Source: a bacterium
Lineage (GTDB): Bacteria; UBA8248; JACPRG01; G963555815
Assembly: GCA_965261595.1 (NCBI GenBank)
Contig: CBDHDG010000006.1
Location: forward strand, 1,440,001 to 1,504,000
Length of the DNA: 64,000 nucleotides
Direction: 5' to 3'
Shown here: positions 10,221 through 20,762 of the stretch, piece by piece
Layout of the letters: every line of letters begins with the position of its first letter
Position numbering within the stretch: the stretch's first letter is position 1
The notes under the pieces: generated by a model
Seen by the model: the letters and a program-made list of their open reading frames with translations, nothing else
Told to the model about the DNA's origin: nothing
Database searches by the model: none
Program-made: the position numbers and the translations under genes

Positions 10221-12577
10221 CGCGGACCGCGCGGGAGCTGGACCCCTTCACGTACGAGGTCTTCTACAACCGCCTGTTCAACCTGCTGTGCGAATCGCGG
10301 GACGTCATCCGGCACCTCTCGGCGTCGGCCATCAGCCGCGAGTCGGGAGAGACGGCCGAGGGCGTCTTCCTGCCGGACGGGGAGCTGGTCCTCCTCTCCC
10401 CCGGCCTCCTCCTCCACCTCAACACCGTTGCGCGGGTGATCCGCTTCATGCTCGAAAACCGCATGGGCGAGGACGTGGGGTTCGAGGACGGGGACCAGTT
10501 CATCTGCAACGACGCCATGGTCGCCTCGATGCACCGGATGGACATGGCCGTGGTCGCGCCGTTCTTTTACGGGGGCGAGCTCGTCGGCTGGGTGGGCAAT
10601 TACAGCCACGTCCCCGAGATCGGCGCCACCGAGCCGGGCGGGCACCCGATGATCGCCACCGACTGCTACCACGAAGGGCTCCTCCTCACCCCCGTGAAGC
10701 TCGTCGAGCGGGGGCGGGTCCGCCGGGACCTGATGGAGATGATGGCCCGCGTCGTCCGGGACCCGAGGCCCATCGAGATCGACACCAAGGCCAAGATCGC
10801 CGCCAATGAGCGCACCCGCCGCAACCTGACCCAGCTGATCGACGATGTGGGTCTCGATTTTTTCATGGAGGCCTCCCGGAAGCTCATCGACGACTCCGAG
10901 GCCCAGTCGCGCGAGGCCGTCAAGACGCGCAGGCCCGGGAAGTACCGGGCGCGGGTGTTTTCCGACTCCGAGCTGCCTGAGCGGCCGGGACTGCGGGTCA
11001 TGGAGACCGAGCTCGAGATCGGCGGCGACGGGAGCCTGACCCTCCGGGCGCCGGTCGTCTCTCCCCAGGCCGCCGGCTCGTACAACTGCCCCCTGCCCTG
11101 CCTGGAGGGAAACGTCTTCTGTCTCACGCTGAGCCACCTCTTCTACAAGACCCGGTGGAACGGGGGCGTGGTCCGGATCTACCGGACGGACATCCCCTAC
11201 GGGTCCATCCTAAACTGCGACGAGACCGCGGCCGTTCATTACGGGACCGTCGGAGTCGGCCTGCACGCCGCCTCGGCGATCAGCGTGGCCCTGTCCCGCG
11301 CGGCGTACATCGTGGACCGGCGCGAGGACATCCTGGTCTCCTCGCCCCCGGTGAACCAGCTCCTGTACGGCGGGCTCGATCAGTTCGACCGGCGGTGCGG
11401 AAAGTACGTGATGGATTGCGTCTGCACGGGGGGCGGGGCCCGGTTCGACAGGGACGGGGCCGACAGCGGCGTCCACCAGGTGAACCCCTGGATCTTCTGC
11501 ATCGACGTGGAGGGGACGGAGGCCATCGGGCCGCTGATCCAGCTGGGCCGCCGGCATCTGCCCGACTCCGGCGGCTTCGGCATGCGCCGGGGGGGAAACG
11601 GCGTCAGCGCGGTCCTCACCATCCACGACACTCAATCCCTGACGATCGGGAACATGGCCCAGGGCCGGTATGTGACGCCCATCCAGGGGATGTTCGGCGG
11701 CTATCCCCCCTCGGCGTCGCGCTTCCTCAAGGTTCACGACGCCGATGTCCTGAACGCGTCGCCGGAGGTTATCCCGCACGACGTGGTCGAGCTCCTGAAC
11801 TACCCGCACGGGCGGCTGGAGGACCTCTACTGCGGGTCGAAATACCTGCCCATCAAAGAAGGCGACCTGATCGCCACCATCTACAACGGCGGGGGCGGCC
11901 TCGGCGATCCGCTGGATCGCGATCCGGAAGACGTCCTGCGGGACATGGGGAACGCCCTGACGACGCCCGACGCGGCCCGGGAGGCTTACGGCGTCGTCCT
12001 TTCGTCGGGGGAGGAGACCTCCATCGAGGCGGACAAGACGCGGGCGCTTCGGGCGGAGCGAAAGGCTGGGAGGCTCCGGACGGGCGTTCCGGGCCCGGAG
12101 TTCCTGGGCCGGCAGGTGAAGCGGCGCGAGGAGCGCGATTATCCCGGGCCGACGCTGGCCCTCTACGACCAGATCCTCGCCACGCCCTGGTCCGGGACGT
12201 TCCGCGAGCAGCTTGCCTTCGAGGAGCACGCGGCCGAGGGAGCGGCGGGGCCGCAACCCCTGGAGCTGCGCGAGCCGCTGGGGGTCTTCCTTCCCCTGAC
12301 GCTCTACGTGAACGTCGTCGAAGACGCCGGCGGCCGGCGTGCGTGCGTATGCGCGGGATGCGGACATGTCTACGGCGAGGCGGCCGAGAACTATAAGCTG
12401 GGATGCCTGATCCACGAGCGCGACCCGGTCGAGATCCACGGGTCCTTCGCGCCTGATCCGGACTGGCTGGTCTACCGGGAGTTCTACTGTCCCGGGTGCG
12501 GCGCGCTGGTCGAGGTGGAATCCACGCCTTCGTGCATGCCGATCCTGCATGACGTGGAGCTGGATGAGCTTCGGTAG
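10217..12577 (+). CDS. Hydantoinase B family subunit fused to an acetone-carboxylase gamma (AcxC-like) domain
   Basis: HydB motifs ND...MHRMD, SHVPEIG, DSGGFGMRRGG, GGGGLGDPLDR; C-terminal CAGCGH...ENYK...PDPDW..YREFYCPGCG. Confidence 0.85.
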   Translation: MTRTARELDPFTYEVFYNRLFNLLCESRDVIRHLSASAISRESGETAEGVFLPDGELVLLSPGLLLHLNTVARVIRFMLENRMGEDVGFEDGDQFICNDAMVASMHRMDMAVVAPFFYGGELVGWVGNYSHVPEIGATEPGGHPMIATDCYHEGLLLTPVKLVERGRVRRDLMEMMARVVRDPRPIEIDTKAKIAANERTRRNLTQLIDDVGLDFFMEASRKLIDDSEAQSREAVKTRRPGKYRARVFSDSELPERPGLRVMETELEIGGDGSLTLRAPVVSPQAAGSYNCPLPCLEGNVFCLTLSHLFYKTRWNGGVVRIYRTDIPYGSILNCDETAAVHYGTVGVGLHAASAISVALSRAAYIVDRREDILVSSPPVNQLLYGGLDQFDRRCGKYVMDCVCTGGGARFDRDGADSGVHQVNPWIFCIDVEGTEAIGPLIQLGRRHLPDSGGFGMRRGGNGVSAVLTIHDTQSLTIGNMAQGRYVTPIQGMFGGYPPSASRFLKVHDADVLNASPEVIPHDVVELLNYPHGRLEDLYCGSKYLPIKEGDLIATIYNGGGGLGDPLDRDPEDVLRDMGNALTTPDAAREAYGVVLSSGEETSIEADKTRALRAERKAGRLRTGVPGPEFLGRQVKRREERDYPGPTLALYDQILATPWSGTFREQLAFEEHAAEGAAGPQPLELREPLGVFLPLTLYVNVVEDAGGRRACVCAGCGHVYGEAAENYKLGCLIHERDPVEIHGSFAPDPDWLVYREFYCPGCGALVEVESTPSCMPILHDVELDELR

Positions 12578-12596
12578 GGTTCTTCGGCCCGGACGC

Positions 12597-13547
12597 CTAC
12601 AGCCGCGCCATGTACTCCGCCATCCGGCGGCGCGTCTTGGCATCCGGCAGGCGGCCGTATGCCGCTCCCATGTTGTCCATGAGGTGTTTCGGCTTGGTGG
12701 TCGCGGGGATGGCGCACGTGCAGGCCGGGTGGGAAATCAGGTACTTCAGGAAGAACTGTCCCCAGCTCTGAATATCAAAATCCCCTCCCTCCGCCCACGG
12801 GGGGAGGGGTCTCCCTTTCACCATCCTGAAGAGTCTTCCCCGCCCATAGGGGGTGTGCGCGATCACCGCAGTGCCGTGGTCCGCGGCGATGGGCAGCAAT
12901 CGCTCCTCGGCCCTTCGGTTATCGATGGAATACGGGATCTCGATGAAGTCCAGCCCATCGTTCTTGATGATCTCCGCGATCTCGTCGAAGGCGCTCAGCG
13001 CGTAGTGCGTCACGCCCAGGTAACGGATTCGGCCGGACTTCTTCCATTCCTTCAACGTGTCCAGTTGGGTCCGCCAATCGGAGAGGTTGTGGACCTGGAT
13101 CAGGTCGATCCGCTCGGAGCGCATCCGCCGCATGGACCCTTCCATCTGCCGGATGCCGGCCTGTTTGCCGCGCGTCCAGACCTTCGTGGCGAGAAAGAGC
13201 GACTTCTGAATCCCCAATTCCGCGGCGAGGGCGCCGACAACACGCTCCGCTTCCCCGTACATCGGGGATGAATCCACCAGACCGCCGCCCCGCTCGACAA
13301 AGAGGCGCATCACCTCCTGTAGCGGTGAGCCAATGGCCCGCTCGGGCTTCACGTCGAACGTCCTCGACGTGCCGAGACCGACGACCGGCAGCATCTCGCC
13401 GCTGTGCGGGATGGGTTTTTTGAGGATTTCCACCGTCTGACCTTCGACCGTCGGCTTCCCCATGACCGCCCAAGCGCCCAGGCCTCCGAGCGTCTTCAAG
13501 AGCAATCTGCGGGAGAGCATAAAGCCTCCAACATCCTTTGGTTCCAT
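12597..13547 (-). CDS. Aldo/keto reductase with a twin-arginine-like signal peptide
   Basis: SRRLLLK plus a hydrophobic stretch; GLGT, DSSPMYG, LATKV, IDLIQVHN. Confidence 0.88.
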   Translation of the reverse strand: MEPKDVGGFMLSRRLLLKTLGGLGAWAVMGKPTVEGQTVEILKKPIPHSGEMLPVVGLGTSRTFDVKPERAIGSPLQEVMRLFVERGGGLVDSSPMYGEAERVVGALAAELGIQKSLFLATKVWTRGKQAGIRQMEGSMRRMRSERIDLIQVHNLSDWRTQLDTLKEWKKSGRIRYLGVTHYALSAFDEIAEIIKNDGLDFIEIPYSIDNRRAEERLLPIAADHGTAVIAHTPYGRGRLFRMVKGRPLPPWAEGGDFDIQSWGQFFLKYLISHPACTCAIPATTKPKHLMDNMGAAYGRLPDAKTRRRMAEYMARL

Positions 13548-13598
13548 GGCCTGAACCTCTCGGAGGCTGTGGTCAGCGCACCGATAGCCGGCGTTGCT

Positions 13599-15387
13599 TC
13601 ACTCCGTCAGTCCCGCATCGCGCAGGGCGTCCAACAGATGCTTCGAATCCTGGGCGTTCTTGTACGGAAGCGCATCCCCCCAGGAGCTTACAGAGAAATT
13701 TGGAAACACTTCGACCAGCCTTTGCGCCGAGGCCTTTGCCTCCTCTTCCCGGCCGACCTTCGTGTAGGCCGCCGTAATGGCAGCCAACGAAACGAGGAAC
13801 GGCGAAAAGCCGCCATCAAGTTTTTCTAATGTTGTGATGGCTTCCTCGTACCGTCTCGCCGTGAAATAGGCAAGGCCCAAAAAAGTCGGATGCCGAGCGC
13901 CCAGCCCCTGAGGATTTAAACGTATCGCCTTTTGTAACGTTTCTATACTTTTCTCCGGCCTCCCCGCCCACGTCAGAAAATAGCCCAAATACACGCGGGC
14001 ATCGACGTCACTCGGTTGTATTTGGACGGCTCGTTCGGCGACGGAAACGGCTTGGTCGGGTTGTCGCCTGACCAAGTAGCCGGCTGCCAGCGCCGTGTGA
14101 GACCACCCAAATGTGGGATCGACTTCCATGGCCCTCTGCGCCAATTCAAATGCCCTTTTCGCATCCTCACGGGGGGATTTGCTGTATCCCAACCAAATCC
14201 ATACGGAATACACCCAAGACGAGCCTGCGAACCGCCTGCAAAATTGGCGTCGAGCTCGATAGCCTGATCAAACAGTTTCCGCGCATATAAGACATTCTCT
14301 TCGGAAGGGAGCTCAAGCACCGCTCTGGCCTGTAAAAAGAGGTCATAGGCTTCCAGGTTCGGGGTGTGTTTCCTCCCGAGCCGTTCTTCTTCTCCCTCCT
14401 TCAACGTCACCGCCAAGGCCGACACCACCTTCTCCGCAACCTCGTCCTGGACGGCGAAAATGTCTTTCAATTCACAGTCATACCGCTCCGCCCACAGGTG
14501 ATTTCCGGTTGTCGCCTCCACAAGCTGGGCGGTGATCCGCACCTTGTCGCCCGCCTTGCGGACGCTGCCTTCAAGCACATAGCGCACACCGAGATCCCGG
14601 CCCACCTGCTGCACCTGCACGGGCTTGCCCTTGTAGACGAATGTTGAGTTTCGGGCGATGACGAACAGGCCGGAAACCTTGGAGAGGTCCGTAATGATGT
14701 CCTCGGTGATCCCGTCGCTGAAATACTCCTGCTCCGAATCGCCGCTCATGTTCTCGAAGGGAAGAACAGCGATGGAGGGCTTGTCGGGCAGCGATGGCCC
14801 CTGTCCGCCCCCCCCCCCCCCGGCAGGCGTTGGGGCCGCCGGGACCGCGACTTCGGCAAGAATCCGGTAGACGTGAACCGGGTCCTTCAAATTCTTGACC
14901 GCCCGCTCGCCAAGGTCCTCGAACCCGGCATCCACTTTGTTTCTGACCTGCTCGAATACGCTTCCTGAAACGCAGATGCTTCCGGGCTCGGCCAGGCCAT
15001 CGAGACGCGCGGCGACGTTGACGCCCTCGCCGTAGATGTCGTCGCCGTCGAAGATGATGTCTCCCAGATTGATCCCAACGCGAAACTCGATCCGCTTCTC
15101 TTCCGACACGCCGGCGTTTCGCCGCGCCATCTCCCGCTGGACCTCAACGGCGCACTGGACGGCGTTCACCACGCTCGCGAACTCGACCAGGACTCCGTCC
15201 CCCGTGGTCTTGACGATCCGGTCCGTGATGTTCCGTGATCCTGGGATTGATGATCTCACCGCGGAGGGCCTTGAGCCGTTCAAGCGTCCCCGCTTCGTCC
15301 GCCTCCATCAGCCGGCTGTACCCGGCGATGTCCGCGGCAAGGATCGCGGCTGAGTCTTCTTGTGACTTCTTGCGGGTCCAAAGACAT
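13599..15387 (-). pseudogene. Class III adenylate/guanylate cyclase-TolB-like-TPR protein, frameshifted (~15350, ~15230, ~14230)
   Basis: AILAADIAGYSRLM, VKTTGDG, FRVGINLGD, GVNVAARL, PSIAVLPFENMS and TPRs spread over ORFs 15144..15428, 13973..15283 and 13599..14213. Confidence 0.85.
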
Positions 15388-15522
15388 TTCCCCCGGGCGA
15401 AATCCCTGAGACGGGCAGGTTGTCCCACCTCAACCCCTTATGACAAATCAAGGAATGCCACCGAATATCAAGGGCTCACGCCGCATCGGAAGGGTCTGTT
15501 GCTTTCGGGGCGATGACTGGAT

Positions 15523-16963
15523 CTAAGGATGAGGTTCCGGGTCAGGCGACGCCTCATCCATTGAGATCGGCAGGCGAACCCGGAACCGCGTCTCACCCGG
15601 CCCGGAGTCCAGGGTGATGTCCCCTTTGTGGGTTTCGTAGACGATCCGGTGGACAATGTGCAGACCGAGGCCGGTCCCCTTCCCCACGTCCTTTGTCGTG
15701 AAAAACGGCTCGAAGATCTTCGGCTGGATCTCCTCGGGAACCCCCGGACCGTTGTCGGCAATCTCGACGGTGACCGAGCGCGCCTCCTGAGACGTTCGCA
15801 ACCGGATCCGGCCGCCCGGACCGGCGGCGTCAATGGTGTTGTCGATCAGGTTCGTCCACACCTGGTTGAGCTCGACCCCGTACGCCTCGATCGGCGACAG
15901 GTCCGGAGCGTAATCGCGCTCGACCTGAACCTTCTCGTCTCCCAATTTGTGGCCAAGGATGATGAGCGTGTCCTCGAGCCCCCGGTGTATGTCCACTTCC
16001 TGCCGGGGCCCCTGATCCATAAAGGAATAGGACTTGACCGCGCTGACGAGCTCGTGAATTCGCGCCGGCCGCCATTTCGACCTCCCGCACCAGCACGGAG
16101 GCGGCGAGCGACTGCTCCAGCCAGGCAATCGCGGCCGGAAGGGCTTCTCTGGGCGCCCCCTCCGCCAGGCCCTCCAACCGTTCCACCGACAGGCCCGCCT
16201 GGGCGAAAGTCGGCGCCAGCCTCCAGCCGTCCGCGACATCGCGGTCATCCAGCCAGTCTGAAATTTCGTCCTCCAGCTCGCTCTCGCGCAGGGGGTCCGG
16301 GGAGGAGGGAGGGGGGGAAGAGGCGGCCGGCGCCCCGGAATCCTCCCGGATAACAGCCGAGAGCCGTTCCAGATGCCCCGGGTCGAGCGGCGTCCGGGCG
16401 AGCGCGACGGTCTGCGTCTTGAGCGATTCCAGGGTCTCGGCGAGCGTTTTGGCCGCGCGAAGCGCCGCGGCGGCGGGGTTGTTCAAATCATGCGCCAGCC
16501 CGGCGGAGATTTTCCCCAGACCGGCCAATTTCTCCTGTTGCTGAGTGAGCCCCTCGTTATACTTGAGGCGCCGGGCCGTCGCCTGGATGAACTGGAAAAC
16601 CACCGGCGGGCAGACGCCGAGCATTTCCCGGAAGGCCTCCGCGGTGAACCGGATCAGGCGGGAGGGCCGGTTGCCGCGCACGGTGGCGATGGGCGCGTTG
16701 CCGCTCAGGAGCGAGATCTCGCCGACGAAGTCCCCGGCCGTATCCAATGTGGCCAGCCGGATCTCTTGTCCGGCCGCCTGCCGGGCGACCTCGAGCTCCC
16801 CATCGAGCAGAACGTAGAAGGACTCTCCCTTCCCCCCCTCCTCAATCAGCGCTTCGCCCGGCGCGAGCGCGACCTCCTCGCAATGCCCCGACAGCCACGC
16901 AATTTGATCGGGCGTCAAATCGGCGAAGAGCGGGAGACTTCCCAACTCGATTTTCAGATCCAT
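15523..16963 (-). pseudogene. cNMP-binding-domain sensor histidine kinase, frameshifted near 16065
   Basis: N-terminal cNMP domain (GDFVGEISLL), H-box LAHDLNNP; HATPase N, G and F boxes ([29 protein letters not shown]) in the second frame. Confidence 0.85.
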
Positions 16964-17071
16964 GGACGAACCTCGATGGGAACCGGAGAACAAGGACTCA
17001 CTTATAATTGGATCCCAACCCCGCCACAAGCGGAAGGGCGCCCCGCCGGGTTCGGATCGTCCGCTCCGGCG

Positions 17072-18073
17072 TCAGCCTCCGCCCGCGCCGGCGACGAGAG
17101 GGTCCGCCTCCGAGCGGAGCCTGTCCTGTTTCCGCCCCAGGGAAACGCCGGTCATCAACCAGCCCGCGGCGATGGGGACCGCGAGGAAGGCAATCGCCGA
17201 CAGGCCCATCCCGAGGCCGGAAAGCCCGGCGAACACCCAGCCGCTGACCGCGTCTCCCCCACGGTAGACCACCGTATCGATGAAGTTCTTGGCCTTGTAC
17301 TTCTCCTCCCGTCCCACAACCGTGAACAGGACCTCCCGGGCCGGCCGGGCGAGGGCGAAGTTCCCGGCCCGCCGGACCACCTGGAAGGCGACCAACACCC
17401 CCAAGACCGGAAAGAACCCGAGACCGGCGAAGCCCAGCATGACCAGCGCGGGCGCCAGGGCGAGCGTCACGGGGAGGCCGAACGCCGCGACGATCCTTCC
17501 GGTCAGAAAAAGCTGCGTCAGGATGGTCAGGACGTTCACCCCCAGGTTGATGGACGCGAAAAGGGCGGTGCGCTTCACCGGGTCGTCGAAGGCGCCCCGG
17601 ACGATGTGGGCCTGCTCCAAGTAGAGAAACGTCGAAAGCGTCGTGTAGAGCAGGATATAGAGACAGATGCCCAGCAGGTACCGAGACTGGAAAACCTGTT
17701 TCACGCCCGTCCAGACGCCGCCGCCAATCGTCGCCCCCTGTGGCCACGGGGGTTCGGGCTTATCGGCTCCCCCCGGCGGCTGAGGAGAACCCTCCAGGCG
17801 TGCCTCCCGATCCTTTTGCGCCCAGCGCAGAAACCGGTGGACGCAGACCAAAGCGCCCCCGAGGAGCAGGACGGAAATCAGGAGGAGGTTCGTGACCCCA
17901 ATCCGGACGACAAGCGCCGCCGTGAGCGCCGAGCCCGCCACCGCGCCGGCGCTGCCTCCCGCCGCGATGAACCCGAACAGCCGCCGCGCCTGCTCGTTGG
18001 TGAACAGGTCGGCCATGAAGATCCAGAAAACCGACACGACGAACAAATTGAAAACACTCACCCAGATAAAAAA
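17072..18073 (-). pseudogene. MFS transporter (NTP/NDP-exchange-like), 5'-truncated by IS1595
   Basis: FWIFMADLF, ARRLFGFIAAGGSAG, REVLFTVV.REEKYKAKNFIDTVVYRGGD; frame ends abruptly at AT-rich IS sequence. Confidence 0.8.
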
Positions 18074-18572
18074 GGGATTTATATAGGAGAGTTGACAAAT
18101 ACCACGCTAAACTTAAAAAGAAGAGTTGACATAGTCTCCGTCAAGCCCTATATTATATAGTAGAAAGGGGAAACGGAGAAAATGAAACGCATCGCAAAGA
18201 CCATCGGAATTTTCGAACTGAATCAGAAATACTCCACAGACCACAAAGCCCGCATATATTTCGAGGAACTCCGCTGGGGCAAAAAGCCGGTCTGCGTCCG
18301 TTGCGGCGGCTTCAAGAAGATCACCGAACAGAAAAAACATCCAGGCCGTTATTGGTGCGGAGATTGCCGAAAATACTTCACGGCATTCACGAACACCCCT
18401 CTTGAGTATTCCAAGGTTTCCCCGCGCAAATGGATCATGGCCGCCTATATGCTCATGACGGCCCGCAAGGGCGTGAGCAGTTTGCAGTTGAGCAAGGAGC
18501 TTGATGTCACGCAGACAACGGCTTGGTACATTCTCCACAGATTGCGGCTTGCTTGCGGAGACGGCATAGAAG
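18074..18572 (+). mobile_element. IS1595-family element, left part only (transposase 18182..~18570, truncated)
   Basis: Zn ribbon CVRCG...CGDCRK, then KGVSSLQLSKELDVTQTTAWYILHRLR; DDE domain missing; left boundary approximate. Confidence 0.85.
18126..18154 (+). promoter_or_regulatory. Sigma70-like promoter of the IS1595 transposase
   Basis: TTGACA-N17-TATATT, 27 nt upstream of ATG 18182. Confidence 0.6.
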
Positions 18573-19978
18573 TGGACCGCCCCTGGGTTATTGGACACTC
18601 GGGTGAGGGTATTCGACCTCATGCGGCCTCCGCAACTTGAGCGAGTTTTTCCTGCCTTGCCTGGGCCGGCGTTCGGTAGCCGTAGCCCTCAAGAATCCAA
18701 TGATGGTTGTACAGGTTCTTGAACTCAAGCAGCGCCCACCGCAGTTCCTCTACGGTGGCGAAAGAGCGCACCCACAGGAGATTCTCCTTCAAGATGCGGA
18801 TGAACCACTCACAGTAGCCATTTCCCTCGGGCGCCCGCACGAAGCTGGGCGAACTGGTCATGCCCAGGTAGGCGATCTCCCGCTGAAAGTCATCGGACAG
18901 ATAGGCGGGGCCGTGGTCGTGACGAACTTTAAGCCCCTCGGCGACGTCCGCCTCCAAGCCGGCGAAGCGCTCGGCGACCCCCTGCCGGATCGGCTCCAGG
19001 GCCTCGAAGCGGTTGCCGCTCTTGGCCGCATGGATCCCCACGCAGTCCACCGAGCAGTGATCCACCGCCACGAACACCGAGGCCATCCCCTCCTCGGTGG
19101 TCACCGTCGTCGTCATGTCCGTGCCCCACATTCGGTCGGGCCGCTCGGTGCGGATGGTCCCGTTGTGGGCCTTGGGACCTCGGGGTTTGCCCACCCGGTG
19201 GGGGGCCTGAAGCCCCGCCTCCCGCATCAGGCGACGCACCCGCTCCTTGCTGGTGCGGATGCCCGCGAAGCGCAGCCTCGCCCACACCTTGCGGTAGCCC
19301 TCGCCATGGAAGGGAGAGTCCTCCAGGACCTGCCGGATGTGGCCGAGGAGTTCCGCATCGGTGCACGGGCCCACAGGGCCGCGCTTATTGGGCGTGGGGC
19401 GTTCATGAACGGGGACCGCCTCTCGCCGCCGTTGCGCGTAGACCGTGGAGCGCGCCAAGCCCCAAAGGGCGCACACCCGCTTCAGGCCGTAGGCTCTGCC
19501 CGTGGAGGTGAAGCGGGCCTGACTCATCGCCTCCACCTCCTGCCGGCTAAAGGGCGGCCGGCCTCCAGGCGGTCGATCTTCTCCCGCAGGACCTCGCCCT
19601 CCATCGTGAGTTCGCCCACCTTGGCCTTTAGCCGGGCGTTCTCCTCGTCCCGCTCATCCGCCGGGCGGGCTTTGAGCGCCGCCTCGCCCCCGCGAAGGAA
19701 CGCCTCGCGCCAGGCGGAAAGCCGAGCCGCTGTCGTGCCCAACTCGCGGCAGAGCGTCTCCAGGCTCTCGCCCCGCAAAAGACGCAGGACCGCCTCCCGC
19801 TTGCGCTGGCAGGAGAACCGACCCCGCTCACTGCGATGCCCTGGGGCCTTGGCTCCGTTCGCCCTACGGGCGCCCTCCGCCAAAGCCCCCTCTTGCTTTT
19901 GTTCGTTCATCACGACACCCCTTTCTCCATGAATCATGGATCAATCGAGTGTCCAACAAAACCCTAGAGCGGGGGACG
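18573..19978 (-). mobile_element. IS3-family element (orfA 19524..19910, orfB 18619..19536)
   Basis: Imperfect inverted ends sharing TTGGACACTC/GAGTGTCCAA; orfA HTH; orfB integrase core (WGTDMT, RHDHG, PEGNG); no TSD seen. Confidence 0.9.
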
Positions 19979-20336
19979 GGGGTTGTGTAGGAATCACGGG
20001 CGGAGAGACCGGCGCGGCTCTGGTTGGCATCCCCGGAGAAATAACGTGTGGGTGTTGCAGGGGTGAGGGGCCCGCCGGAGCCGAGAAAGGCCTTGACTTT
20101 ATACGTGAGGATGTAGCAAATTAATACGTCTATTCAGCAAAAGACCCCGCGCGGAATGATGCGGGGTCCGTCAACCGTTTTTGAAGGGCGATAGAATTCC
20201 AACCTGTTCGCGCGGCCCTCGGGCTGGCGGCGGTTCAGGCGCCGCGGGCTTCATGGGGTTTTCGGGCGCGTATACAGGAAGTCATGGAACCAGGTTGTTC
20301 AGCCTCTCGGCCTCAACCTCATCCGGACCAAAAAAA

Positions 20337-20584
20337 AGGTTGAACCGACGCAACGGATATGGTAAATCAAGAGACGGTTCACCGTTCCGTTGCAGTAAAA
20401 AGCAGATTCCGGCCGCATCGGGCGGCGCGAAGTTTCGGTAAGATGGTCATGGGAGTCGGAAAGCTGGCAAGGGAAAGGAGGTTGAATCGAAGAAACGGAT
20501 GTGGTAAGTCAGAAGAAGGGTTCAGGGTTTTATCGCAATGAAAAACGGATTCCGCGCGCATCGGGCGGGCGGCGCGAAGTTTCA
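20337..20584 (+). repeat. Diverged ~100 bp direct repeat (20337-20436 and 20478-20584)
   Basis: Shared blocks AGGTTGAA, AACGGAT.TGGTAA.TCA, GGTTCA, AAAA..GATTCCG..GCATCGGGCGG, CGCGAAGTTTC. Confidence 0.75.
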
Positions 20585-20635
20585 GCCTCACTTCCCAGCA
20601 GGCGCGGCATGGACTTCGACTCCATGACAAAGGCT

Positions 20636-20663
20636 TTGACACAATGACAAAAGGTGGTAAATT
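20636..20663 (+). promoter_or_regulatory. Strong sigma70-like promoter with extended -10
   Basis: TTGACA-N16-TAAATT with TG at 20655-20656. Confidence 0.6.
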
Positions 20664-20674
20664 GACGCTAGAGA

Positions 20675-20740
20675 GTCTCACGGAGGGCCTTCTCACGGGG
20701 GCCTTTTCACAGGGGCCTTTTCACATGGGCCTTATCACGA
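20675..20740 (+). repeat. 14-15 bp tandem repeat, about five units centred on TCAC
   Basis: TCTCACGGAGGGCCT/TCTCACGGGGGCCT/TTTCACAGGGGCCT/TTTCACATGGGCCT/TATCACGA. Confidence 0.8.
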
Positions 20741-20762
20741 GAACGGGGAGGACTCACTCTAT

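Noticed and set aside
20675..20740. Short repeats as mini-CRISPR or CsrB/RsmZ-type sRNA
   Set aside because: Units are too short and have no spacers; the conserved loop is UCAC, not GGA
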